The translations under genes were made by a program, and so were the position numbers. The notes beneath the pieces were generated by a model. The model did no database searches. It saw nothing but the letters and a program-made list of their open reading frames with translations, and was not told the DNA's origin. Below, piece after piece: positions 1 to 7,454 of a DNA stretch of 24,000 nt. The stretch comes from Phycisphaerae bacterium (GTDB taxonomy: Bacteria; Planctomycetota; Phycisphaerae; UBA1845; PWPN01): the NCBI GenBank assembly GCA_030372985.1, contig JAUCQB010000201.1, positions 1-24,000 on the forward strand. Direction: 5' to 3'. The stretch's first letter is position 1. Each line of letters begins with the position of its first letter.

Positions 1-9
1 GTTCGGAAC

Positions 10-42
10 TCGTCGGCAGCGTCAGATGTGTATAAGAGACAG
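10..42 (+). other. Illumina Nextera transposase adapter (Read 1 adapter including the 19-nt mosaic end); non-biological sequence
   Basis: Exact string TCGTCGGCAGCGTCAGATGTGTATAAGAGACAG at 10-42, at the extreme 5' end of the window. Confidence 0.95.
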
Positions 43-93
43 ATGAAAAGCGAGATGATATTCATCAGGCGTTCCTGAGCATCGGGTGTCTGC

Positions 94-443
94 TCATCTG
101 CTGGCACCGGGTTTCAGGGTTTTGTTAGAGATCCTAAGAAGAAGCACATCCCCTGCAACCTGCATGACGCAGGGCATAACCCGGAATATGTCGTCCAGGA
201 AGGTCTCGGCGTCCGGGCGCAGAATCGCCAGGACAACGCCCCCAGACCGGGCAAGTAGCACAAACCGACGGCAATGGCATAGGCGAGATCCGCCCGTCTC
301 CACCTCGGCCGCGGGCTCGGCAGGGGAGCAGATCCGGCGACCTCCAGTTCCTCATGCACTTGCTCCATGTCGAACGGAGTCCCGCACTCCGGACATCGCG
401 GGTCTCGTAGTCCAAAAAGCGTGCAACCGCAATGCCGACACAG
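94..443 (-). CDS. Zinc-ribbon (CxxC-x13-CPEC) single-pass membrane protein. The start is non-canonical or unclear and the gene is probably frameshifted at a homopolymer.
   Basis: The minus-strand frame after the TGA at 465-467 reads SPLADFGLCRHCGCTLFGLRDPRCPECGTPFDMEQVHEELEV.... The only start-like codon before the first Cys is CTG (441-443). The hydrophobic segment LAYAIAVGLCYLPGLG continues sensibly (VVLAILRPDAETFLDDIF...) only after a 1-nt shift at the C5 run at 239-243. That shift joins track ORF 114..368 to ORF 94..303. Confidence 0.3.
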
Positions 444-464
444 GCCGAAGTCAGCGAGCGGTGA

Positions 465-773
465 TCAAAGATAGGCCGTCACAGCCAAACAGAGTACTGC
501 CAAGTAGATTCCAGCCGCAAGAAGCAGCGTCACGCCTGCAGCAATGGGAGACGAGATATCAAAGCTGAACGCAACGCACATGATGGGCCATAAAAAGATC
601 GGGCCAGACACAAGCCACATCCCGATGATCGCCAGACGCATGGGGCTGCGCCGGGTGGCAGCGGGGAGCTCCGCGTCCGCAGGATCGATGTCCGACAGAA
701 AACCGTGATCATCCCAGGATCCCGTCGGCTCACGGGTCCTGGCCATGCTCGGCTTGTCGCTCTCCTCGGTCAT
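465..773 (-). CDS. Hypothetical small membrane protein (102 aa, 2-3 predicted TM helices)
   Basis: ATG-started ORF directly downstream of cca on the same strand. The C-terminal half is strongly hydrophobic (LAIIGMWLVSGPIFLWPIMCVAF...AAGVTLLLAAGIYLAVLCLAV). I recognise no family. Confidence 0.5.
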   Translation of the reverse strand: MTEESDKPSMARTREPTGSWDDHGFLSDIDPADAELPAATRRSPMRLAIIGMWLVSGPIFLWPIMCVAFSFDISSPIAAGVTLLLAAGIYLAVLCLAVTAYL

Positions 774-842
774 GCTCGGCGCCCTGTGTATCCGTCACGC
801 TGACCTTCATGGTCCTACCGGCTTGGGATGTCAGTCGCCCCG

Positions 843-2126
843 CTACGGCGAGTCTTCAACACTGGGATTTCGACAGGGCCCCCCATGCTCAGCCTCAGGC
901 TCTGAGCCAGAGAGCAACGCCCGCATTCGCTCAATTGCCTGATCTCTCGACGTCAACTGGTTATCCAATTGCTCGTCGTACAGTCGGTCCAGGATCTCCC
1001 TGAACCGCGGGCCAGGCTCCAGGCCGGCGGCGATCAGGTCATCGCCGGTGACAAACGGTGGGGGGGCTACCTCCTCGGGCGGGATCGACGCCTTCCGTTG
1101 TCGGGCAATCTCGTTGCCCTCCAGCGGCAGCCCGCGAGCCAGACAAATTGCCTTGTGCAGTTCCAGAAGGTCTTCGAAACCCTCGTTGGCAATGAGCATC
1201 TTCATGGCCGGCAGGCACAGCACTTCGGCATGATGAAGGTCGTCAACGTGCTCAATCAGCCAGGCGATGCGTTCGCCCTGCTGGTTGCTGCAGCGCAGAT
1301 CTCGTGCCACCTGCAAAACCGCCGCCGGCGGGTACTCATTGAGCAGGGCCGCCATGCTCAGAACAAAACCCGCCTTCTCCGGCAGGTGGCCCAGCACGCG
1401 AATGCTGTCCGCCACGCGGTCGGGGGGCCAATACCTGTTCGGCCAGAGGTGCGCCAAGACGCCCAGTTCGGCAATCTGCCGAACCGCCTCAGCCCGCGCC
1501 GGGTGGTCCAGCATTCTTTCGAGTTCCTCGTGGATCCGCTCCGGACTGATCCGGCTGATGTGCTCGGCCTGCTCGCGGATGGCAGCCGCCGTTTCCGACT
1601 CGATCGGAAAGCCAAGCCGGGCCGAAAACCGGACCGCCCGCAGCATACGCAGATGATCTTCGGCAAACCGCCGGGCCGGATCGCCGATCGCTCGGATGAT
1701 GCCCGCCTCCAGGTCTTTCCGGCCGCCCACATAGTCAATGACCTGCTTGTCGATGGGGTCGTAGAAGAGCCCGTTGATCGTGAAGTCCCGCCGCTGGGCG
1801 TCCTCTTCGGCGGTGGTAAAAACGACCTTCTCCGGATGGCGCCCATCGCGGTAATCGAGATCGCTGCGGAACGTCGCCGTCTCGATCCAATGGGGTCCCT
1901 GGCGGACCATCACCACGCCGAACTTGGCCCCCACCTTGCGCGTCCGGGTGAACAGGCTGATGATGGTGTCGGGCACGGCATCTGTGGCCACATCAATGTC
2001 GGTCGGCTCCCGACCCAAAAGCATGTCGCGGACGCTGCCGCCGGCCCAGAAGGCCTGATGCCCATGCTGGCGCAGCCTTTGGACCACCCGCAAGGCGGCA
2101 TCATGAACCGATAGCGGCCTTCTCAT
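843..2126 (-). CDS. cca: CCA-adding tRNA nucleotidyltransferase / poly(A) polymerase family protein
   Basis: 427-aa ORF with the class II nucleotidyltransferase head GGSVRDMLLG...DIDVAT, RDFTINGLFYD, and EDHLRMLRAVRFSARLGF. The ATG overlaps the rsmD stop (ATGA). Confidence 0.9.
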   Translation of the reverse strand: MRRPLSVHDAALRVVQRLRQHGHQAFWAGGSVRDMLLGREPTDIDVATDAVPDTIISLFTRTRKVGAKFGVVMVRQGPHWIETATFRSDLDYRDGRHPEKVVFTTAEEDAQRRDFTINGLFYDPIDKQVIDYVGGRKDLEAGIIRAIGDPARRFAEDHLRMLRAVRFSARLGFPIESETAAAIREQAEHISRISPERIHEELERMLDHPARAEAVRQIAELGVLAHLWPNRYWPPDRVADSIRVLGHLPEKAGFVLSMAALLNEYPPAAVLQVARDLRCSNQQGERIAWLIEHVDDLHHAEVLCLPAMKMLIANEGFEDLLELHKAICLARGLPLEGNEIARQRKASIPPEEVAPPPFVTGDDLIAAGLEPGPRFREILDRLYDEQLDNQLTSRDQAIERMRALLSGSEPEAEHGGPCRNPSVEDSP

Positions 2127-2773
2127 CCTGTTTCCTCGTCTCTCGATAGGGCTTCGCTTCGGACCCCCGCCGCGTGCCGAGGCGTGCCCATGAAGCGGAA
2201 GGTCATCGAGCCCACATCCCGCCGTTCGATCTCAACCAGCGGGGCCAGGCTTGGGCCGCCCAGGGGAGTCCGTGGATGCCGAACCACGATCATGGCACCA
2301 TCGGCAATGACCGGGTCGAGGGCCAGCTTCTGGAGCAGCGGCCGGAGGTATGGGTGGGGTGACGGCCCGATCAGCAGACGGTAGGGGGGGTCTACCAGTA
2401 CCAGCGAATAGACTCCCGGCGAGCCTTGCGGCCGTGGAAACTGACATTGGGTCGCGTCGGCACAGAGCACTTGGCCCTGGCCCTCAAGGATACCCAGAGA
2501 AGCGAGATTCTCGCGGATCAGAGCCACGGTCGGACGGTGCTGTTCAACAAACAGCGCAAAGCCGGCCCCTCTGGACAGGCACTCGATGCCGAGCGTCCCG
2601 GTACCCGCGAAGAGATCCAGCACCGCCAGCGGCGGCAGCGTCCCCGGACGTGCGAGGCGATGTCCAAGAACATCGAACAGCACCGTCTTGGCACGATCAG
2701 TGATCGGGCGGGTCCGGCCTCCCGCGGGTCCGGCAATCTGACGCCCTCGCCATTGTCCCGCAATAATCCGCAT
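2123..2773 (-). CDS. rsmD: 16S rRNA (guanine966-N2)-methyltransferase RsmD
   Basis: Starts MRIIAGQWRGRQI (typical RsmD N-terminus) at the internal ATG 2773. It has the SAM motif DLFAGTGTLGIE and the DPPY motif (VLVDPPY). The upstream part of track ORF 2123..3289 overlaps the ykgJ-like gene and looks non-coding. Confidence 0.85.
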   Translation of the reverse strand: MRIIAGQWRGRQIAGPAGGRTRPITDRAKTVLFDVLGHRLARPGTLPPLAVLDLFAGTGTLGIECLSRGAGFALFVEQHRPTVALIRENLASLGILEGQGQVLCADATQCQFPRPQGSPGVYSLVLVDPPYRLLIGPSPHPYLRPLLQKLALDPVIADGAMIVVRHPRTPLGGPSLAPLVEIERRDVGSMTFRFMGTPRHAAGVRSEALSRDEETG

Positions 2774-2918
2774 AAAGACCAGCGTATCCCCCCGCGTTTT
2801 CTCTCGCAACGTCCAAGAGCAACGGCCCTCTTTTTCGGGCCCCACGAGTCGTCGAGCGGACTCTTGTTCCCCGAAGGTGATGCCCCATCCCATGGGAGCG
2901 ATGACCAGCCTGCCCATA

Positions 2919-2947
2919 TTGCCGCAAACATCGCTTTTCCGTACAAT
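2919..2947 (+). promoter_or_regulatory. Putative sigma70-type promoter for the ykgJ-like/hisS transcription unit
   Basis: TTGCCG (2919-2924), 17-nt spacer, TACAAT (2942-2947), about 30 nt upstream of the ATG at 2978. Confidence 0.4.
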
Positions 2948-2977
2948 CCTGCCTTTGTCCGTGGAGACCATGGCGTT

Positions 2978-3475
2978 ATGAAACGACCGACAGACTCTCG
3001 TTCGACCGACCTGTGCGGCAAGTGCGTCGGCCTTTGCTGCCGCTACTTTGCTCTGGCCATCGACAAGCCGGAAACCCGCCGGGATTTCGAGGATATCCGC
3101 TGGTACCTCCTCCATGAAGACAGCACCGTGTTTGTCGAGGACGGCCAGTGGTACCTGCAGATCAACCGCAAGTGCCGGGCGTTGCTGCCCGACAACCGCT
3201 GCGCGATCTACGAGAAACGGCCGCCTATTTGCAGGTCCTACAACACCGAGAAGTGCGATTGGCACGGCGACGAATACGAATATGAGCACGTTTTCGTGGA
3301 TCCGGATGACGTCGCCCGTTATGCCACGGAGTACCTGTCGAAGAAACGAAAACGCCAGGCGGCCCGCAAGCGCCGGACGGCCGCGACCGCGAAGAAGGGA
3401 CGGCAGCTCAGGGTCCGCCGAACCGGCTCGGCTCGACGGCCGCGCATCGCGATCCCGCTGCTCAAGTCGGCGTGA
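2978..3475 (+). CDS. YkgJ-family (CxxCxxCC, UPF0153) zinc/iron-chelating cysteine-cluster protein with a polybasic C-terminal tail
   Basis: CGKCVGLCC motif followed by RKCRALLPDNRCAIYEKRPPICRSY. The C-terminal ~45 aa are very Lys/Arg rich (KKRKRQAARKRRTAATAKKGRQLRVRRTGSARRPR). Confidence 0.85.
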   Translation: MKRPTDSRSTDLCGKCVGLCCRYFALAIDKPETRRDFEDIRWYLLHEDSTVFVEDGQWYLQINRKCRALLPDNRCAIYEKRPPICRSYNTEKCDWHGDEYEYEHVFVDPDDVARYATEYLSKKRKRQAARKRRTAATAKKGRQLRVRRTGSARRPRIAIPLLKSA

Positions 3476-3507
3476 ACCGCCTCATCCATCGGCCGAAAGT
3501 GAAGAAC

Positions 3508-4833
3508 ATGAAGTTCCAGGCACCCAAGGGCACAAGAGATTTCTACCCCGAAGATATGGCGGCGCGCAACTGGATCATGGAAATCTGGCGCCGCGTCTCG
3601 CTTCGCAACGGATTCGAGGAGTACGACGGACCGATCTTCGAGCTGCTGGACCTGTATAAGGCCAAGAGCGGCGAGGGCATCGTCTCCGAGCTTTTCCATT
3701 TCGAGGATCGAGGCGGGCGCGAGCTGGCCATCAGGCCGGAGATGACCCCGACGCTCGCCCGCATGATCGCCGCCCGGGCCAACTCCCTGTCGCGGCCTAT
3801 CAAGTGGTTCAGCCTGCCGAGGCTCTGCCGCGCGGAGCGTCCGCAACGGGGCCGGTTGCGGGAGTTCTTTCAATGGAACATCGACGTCGTCGGCATCGAC
3901 GATGTGGTCAGCGATGCCGAGTGCATCCTGGTGGCCATTGATTTCTTCCGTGAAGTCGGACTTACCCCCGACGACGTGGTGATGAAGGTCAACTCCCGCT
4001 CGCTTCTGTCATCGCTCCTTGCGGCCCAAGGCTTTGAGAAGCAGCGGCACGAGGAGATCTTCGCGGTTCTCGACAAGCGAGACAAGCTTTCGTGGGAGGC
4101 ATTCGTCGAAACCGTTGAAAAGGTGAGTCGCGACGGCGAGGAGAAAACCACGCTCTTGAGTATTGGCCAGGCTGCCGGTCCCGAAGGTTTGGCCGGTTTG
4201 ACGGAGATGGCAAAGGAAAACGCGGCGGCCGAGGCGGAATTGGACCGCCTCAGGCAACTGCTCGCCCTGCTCACCAGCATGGGCGTCGGAGAGTACTGCC
4301 GGTTCGACATGGGTGTGGTTCGTGGGCTGGCATACTACACCGGCGTGGTGTTTGAGGCGTTCGGCAAGGGCGAGTTCCAGCGGGCGATCTGCGGTGGGGG
4401 GCGGTACGGGCGGCTTCTCGAAGCGGTGGGCGGCCCGCCGATGTCCGGCATCGGCTTCGGCACCAGCGACGTGGTCATCTTGACGCTGCTCGCCGAACTG
4501 AACCGATTGCCTGCCGAGGCAACGAAAGCCAGGCGGGTCGATCTGTTTCTGATCGACGCCGACCCGAGCCTGTTCGACGAAGTGCTGGCCTTGGCCGCCC
4601 GGCTGCGGAGGATCGGCCTTGCCGCCGAGTTCAGCTACCGCCGCCAGGCGCTTGGCAAGCAGCTCAAGCAGGCCTCGGCGTGCAGCGCCTCGCGAGCCGT
4701 GATTGTCGGGAGCGAATACACGCAGAGGCAGGCCGTCAGCGTGAAGGACCTGGCCAGCGGCGAACAGGTGGAGATCGGCGTCGACCGCTTTCTGGCGAAT
4801 CCGCACGGCTGGCCGTGGTCAGACAGCGATTGA
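3508..4833 (+). CDS. hisS: Histidine--tRNA ligase
   Basis: MKFQAPKGTRDFYPEDM N-terminus, ELAIRPEMTP (motif 2 region), CGGGRYGRL (motif 3). I place the start at ATG 3508 rather than the track ORF start at 3472. Confidence 0.95.
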   Translation: MKFQAPKGTRDFYPEDMAARNWIMEIWRRVSLRNGFEEYDGPIFELLDLYKAKSGEGIVSELFHFEDRGGRELAIRPEMTPTLARMIAARANSLSRPIKWFSLPRLCRAERPQRGRLREFFQWNIDVVGIDDVVSDAECILVAIDFFREVGLTPDDVVMKVNSRSLLSSLLAAQGFEKQRHEEIFAVLDKRDKLSWEAFVETVEKVSRDGEEKTTLLSIGQAAGPEGLAGLTEMAKENAAAEAELDRLRQLLALLTSMGVGEYCRFDMGVVRGLAYYTGVVFEAFGKGEFQRAICGGGRYGRLLEAVGGPPMSGIGFGTSDVVILTLLAELNRLPAEATKARRVDLFLIDADPSLFDEVLALAARLRRIGLAAEFSYRRQALGKQLKQASACSASRAVIVGSEYTQRQAVSVKDLASGEQVEIGVDRFLANPHGWPWSDSD

Positions 4834-4850
4834 GCACGGAATCATCGACG

Positions 4851-5420
4851 ATGGCTCGTAACCGCGACCATTACGAGTCGGCTTTCGAGGACTACCTGCA
4901 AGTCAGGACCATACCCTTCGTGTCCGTGGACGAAACGCGGCGGGCGGTCTTCGCGGGAACGAAGATCAAATCCTTTGACTACGTCGTCTATCCGCCCGCC
5001 GGGCGGGCGTGGCTGGTCGATGTCAAGGGCCGGCATTTCCCATACGTCGACGAGCAGGGGGGTACCAAGCGTTATTGGGAAAGCTGGATCACGCGGGAGG
5101 ACCTGGCCGGGCTGGCGGACTGGGAATCGGCCTTCGGCGACGAATACGAGGCGCGGTTGGTGTTCGCATACCTGTTGCAGGGGCCGCCGGATCGCTGGCC
5201 GGCGGTCACGCCCCATCTGTTCGAAGGAGAATGCTACGCTTTCTACACCGCCGGCCTGGCTGACTACCGCGAGGCGTGTCGTGATCGCTCAGATCGTTGG
5301 CAGACGGTCTCCGTGCCCAACAGCGCTTTCCGGAGGATTGTCCGGCCGCTGGACGCCCTCCTGCCAGGATCTCCGCCATTGTGCCCGTCGGGCGGAATGC
5401 CGGGCGGCCTTTCGCCCTGA
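4851..5420 (+). CDS. HYExAFE-motif family protein with a putative PD-(D/E)xK nuclease-like core
   Basis: N-terminus MARNRDHYESAFEDYL carries the HYExAFE signature. FDYVVY...WLVDVKGR resembles a D...(D/E)xK motif. ATG 4851 lies 18 nt after the hisS stop. Confidence 0.75.
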   Translation: MARNRDHYESAFEDYLQVRTIPFVSVDETRRAVFAGTKIKSFDYVVYPPAGRAWLVDVKGRHFPYVDEQGGTKRYWESWITREDLAGLADWESAFGDEYEARLVFAYLLQGPPDRWPAVTPHLFEGECYAFYTAGLADYREACRDRSDRWQTVSVPNSAFRRIVRPLDALLPGSPPLCPSGGMPGGLSP

Positions 5421-5438
5421 GTCGCCCGTGCCTATAAT
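5410..5438 (+). promoter_or_regulatory. Possible promoter (perfect -10, weak -35) ahead of the small-membrane-protein genes
   Basis: TATAAT at 5433-5438 with a weak -35 TTTCGC at 5410-5415 (17-nt spacer), located just after the stop of the HYExAFE gene. Confidence 0.3.
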
Positions 5439-5486
5439 GTGTCGAATACCGGTAAATCGAAAACGATGGTCGATAGGACAAAACCC

Positions 5487-5684
5487 ATGATTCGAAGAGT
5501 GTTGTGCTTCCTGACTGGTTTGCTGCTGGCGGTTGGTCCGGCTCTGGCGCAAGGGTCGTCCGAAGGACCAACCTACAACTTCAAACCAAGATCGACGATG
5601 ATCGAGTGGGTCATCGGGACGATCTTCCTCATCGGTTGCCTTGTGGTCGCCTTCAAACCCAGCAAGCGGTCGAACCTGAAGTGA
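5487..5684 (+). CDS. Tiny secreted/anchored protein: signal peptide, short ectodomain, C-terminal TM helix and basic tail
   Basis: MIRRVLCFLTGLLLAVGPALA|QG signal-peptide-like N-terminus, then IEWVIGTIFLIGCLVVAF followed by KPSKRSNLK. Alternative in-frame starts are at 5466 (ATG) and 5439 (GTG, which would lie upstream of the predicted TSS). Confidence 0.5.
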   Translation: MIRRVLCFLTGLLLAVGPALAQGSSEGPTYNFKPRSTMIEWVIGTIFLIGCLVVAFKPSKRSNLK

Positions 5685-5730
5685 CCGCCATGCGAGGGCC
5701 AGTGTGCTTTCATTATGGAGGACCCTGGGA

Positions 5731-6021
5731 ATGAGCAAACAAGCCTTGATCGTCGTCCTGGTGGGTGTCAATTTGCTGCTGCTCGGCGGCCTGATCCTCT
5801 CGAACTACTCACTGCCTGAGGCCAAGGCTCAGCCGGTCAGCCTGCGGGGCGAGTTCATTCTCATTTCGGCCCAGGCGGAGAGGAACAACGACACCATCTA
5901 TCTTCTCGACCTGGCCCGGCGCCAGATGCACGCTTTTCGCGCGCAGGTGCCCCAGATGATCGAGCAGCCGATGATGGTTCGCTGGTACCACTCGCGTGAC
6001 CTGGTGCGGGATTTCCGCTGA
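5731..6021 (+). CDS. Small N-terminally membrane-anchored protein (96 aa), paralog of the next gene
   Basis: GGAG at 5717-5720 precedes ATG 5731. TM helix ALIVVLVGVNLLLLGGLIL. The ectodomain segment GEFILISAQAERNNDTIYLLDLARRQMHAF aligns with the next ORF. Confidence 0.6.
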   Translation: MSKQALIVVLVGVNLLLLGGLILSNYSLPEAKAQPVSLRGEFILISAQAERNNDTIYLLDLARRQMHAFRAQVPQMIEQPMMVRWYHSRDLVRDFR

Positions 6022-6034
6022 AAGGGGGATGACA

Positions 6035-6352
6035 ATGAACAGCAAAGACTTCGCGATTGGCGTCCTGACCGTGACCGCCGTCATCCTGCTCACCGGGTTG
6101 ATTATCATCCATGCCGTCAGCCCCAAGCAGGCCATGGCCATCGGACAGAACGCCGAGGGCGGCGACTACCTGGTGACGACCAGCCAGTACAACGATTACA
6201 CGGAATTGCTGATGGTCTTCGACACCGCCCAGATGAAGATGAACGCCTACGTGTTCAATCCTCAGACGGGCCAGGTCGAGCTCCTGCAGCCGCCCATCCC
6301 GATCCTCCGCCAGATACAGGAACCCGCGAGACCGACCGGACGTACGAGATGA
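6035..6352 (+). CDS. Small N-terminally membrane-anchored protein (105 aa), paralog of the previous gene
   Basis: AAAGGGGG at 6021-6028 precedes ATG 6029 and ATG 6035. TM helix FAIGVLTVTAVILLTGLIIIHAV. The segment GDYLVTTSQYNDYTELLMVFDTAQMKMNAYVF aligns with the previous ORF. Confidence 0.6.
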   Translation: MNSKDFAIGVLTVTAVILLTGLIIIHAVSPKQAMAIGQNAEGGDYLVTTSQYNDYTELLMVFDTAQMKMNAYVFNPQTGQVELLQPPIPILRQIQEPARPTGRTR

Positions 6353-6395
6353 GAATCGCCTCCCCGCCGCAAGGCGCGAGCCGGTGCGGGCCCGC

Positions 6396-7451
6396 ATGAA
6401 CGCACAGGAACCCCGTCCCATGTCCGATCTGATCCGGGCGATCGTTCAACAGGTCATCGGCGGCACCCCCGTGACGCGGTCTCAGGCCGAGCAGCTCGTT
6501 CGGTCCGAACGCGCGAGCCTGCCTGAGCTGTTCGCCGGGGCAAGCCGGATCCGAGAACATTACCTCGGCCCCAAGGTCCGCTGTTGCAGTATCGTCGCAT
6601 CGAAGGTGGGTTTGTGCGATCAGGACTGCGCATTCTGCAGCCAGTCCGCACACTACCGAACACACGTCACGGCGGGCGGAACCGTCGAGGGGCAGGAGGT
6701 GCTCGCGGTCTCGCGGCAGGCCGCGGACAACGGCGCCCAGTCTTTCGGCATCGTCAACAGCGGCCTGGGACCCGGCGATGATGAGATTGAAGAGTGGGGC
6801 GATGTCATCCGGGCAATCCGGCGGGAAGGGCGGGTGCGGGCATGCGCCTCGCTGGGCGTCCTGACCTTCGAGCAGGCCCGACGTCTGGCCGAAGCCGGCG
6901 TCCAACGATACAACCACAACCTCCAGACCTCTCGACGACATTTTCCGAGCATCGTGACCACGCACACATACGACGATCGACTCAAAACGCTGCGGAATCT
7001 GCGGGCGGCCGGCATTGAGTTGTGCTGCGGAGCCCTCTTTAGGATGGGTGAAACCTGGCAGGATCGTCTCGATCTAGCCTTCGAGCTGCGCGAGCTCAAT
7101 CCCGAGGTCGTGCCCATCAACTTCCTTATTCCAATCGCCGGTACGCCGCTCGAGCACAACAGGGCACTTGAACCGCTTGAATGCCTGCGGATCATCGCCG
7201 TTTATCGTTTCATTCTTCCGTCGCAGCGCATCAATATCGCCGGCGGCAGAGAGGTCAATCTGCGAGACCTTCAAAGCTGGATGTTCCTTGCCGGGGCGGA
7301 CAGCTTCATGATGGGCAACTATCTGACGACTTGTGGCCGCTCAGCCGGCGAGGACCTGCGCATGATTCGCGACCTCGGCCTGGAACTCGAACCGTATCTC
7401 CGCCCGGCTGCCGCGTCTGATGAAGCTCATCGATCTCACATGCCTGCCTGA
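6396..7451 (+). CDS. bioB: Biotin synthase (radical SAM)
   Basis: CDQDCAFCSQS (CxxxCxxC radical SAM cluster), GIVNSG, YNHNLQTSRRHF, and TTHTYDDRLKTL are classical BioB blocks. The start is ambiguous: GTG 6384, ATG 6396 or ATG 6420. Confidence 0.92.
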   Translation: MNAQEPRPMSDLIRAIVQQVIGGTPVTRSQAEQLVRSERASLPELFAGASRIREHYLGPKVRCCSIVASKVGLCDQDCAFCSQSAHYRTHVTAGGTVEGQEVLAVSRQAADNGAQSFGIVNSGLGPGDDEIEEWGDVIRAIRREGRVRACASLGVLTFEQARRLAEAGVQRYNHNLQTSRRHFPSIVTTHTYDDRLKTLRNLRAAGIELCCGALFRMGETWQDRLDLAFELRELNPEVVPINFLIPIAGTPLEHNRALEPLECLRIIAVYRFILPSQRINIAGGREVNLRDLQSWMFLAGADSFMMGNYLTTCGRSAGEDLRMIRDLGLELEPYLRPAAASDEAHRSHMPA

Positions 7452-7454
7452 AAA

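Noticed and set aside
969-2114. 381-aa plus-strand ORF antisense to cca. Similar long antisense ORFs lie at 4009..4806 (-), 9940..10857 (+), 12290..13219 (-), 15944..16963 (+) and 19683..21116 (-, 477 aa).
   Set aside because: Each lies exactly opposite a gene with unmistakable family motifs. Their translations are Arg/Pro/Gly/Ala-rich low-complexity sequence with no recognisable motifs. Long stop-free antisense frames are expected in high-GC DNA.
2774-3289. Upstream extension of the rsmD ORF (track ORF 2123..3289, 388 aa), and the mirror-image extension of the ykgJ-like ORF (2426..2977)
   Set aside because: The two extensions overlap each other and the opposing real genes. RsmD and YkgJ homology begins at the internal ATGs (2773 and 2978), and a promoter-like element sits in the region between them.
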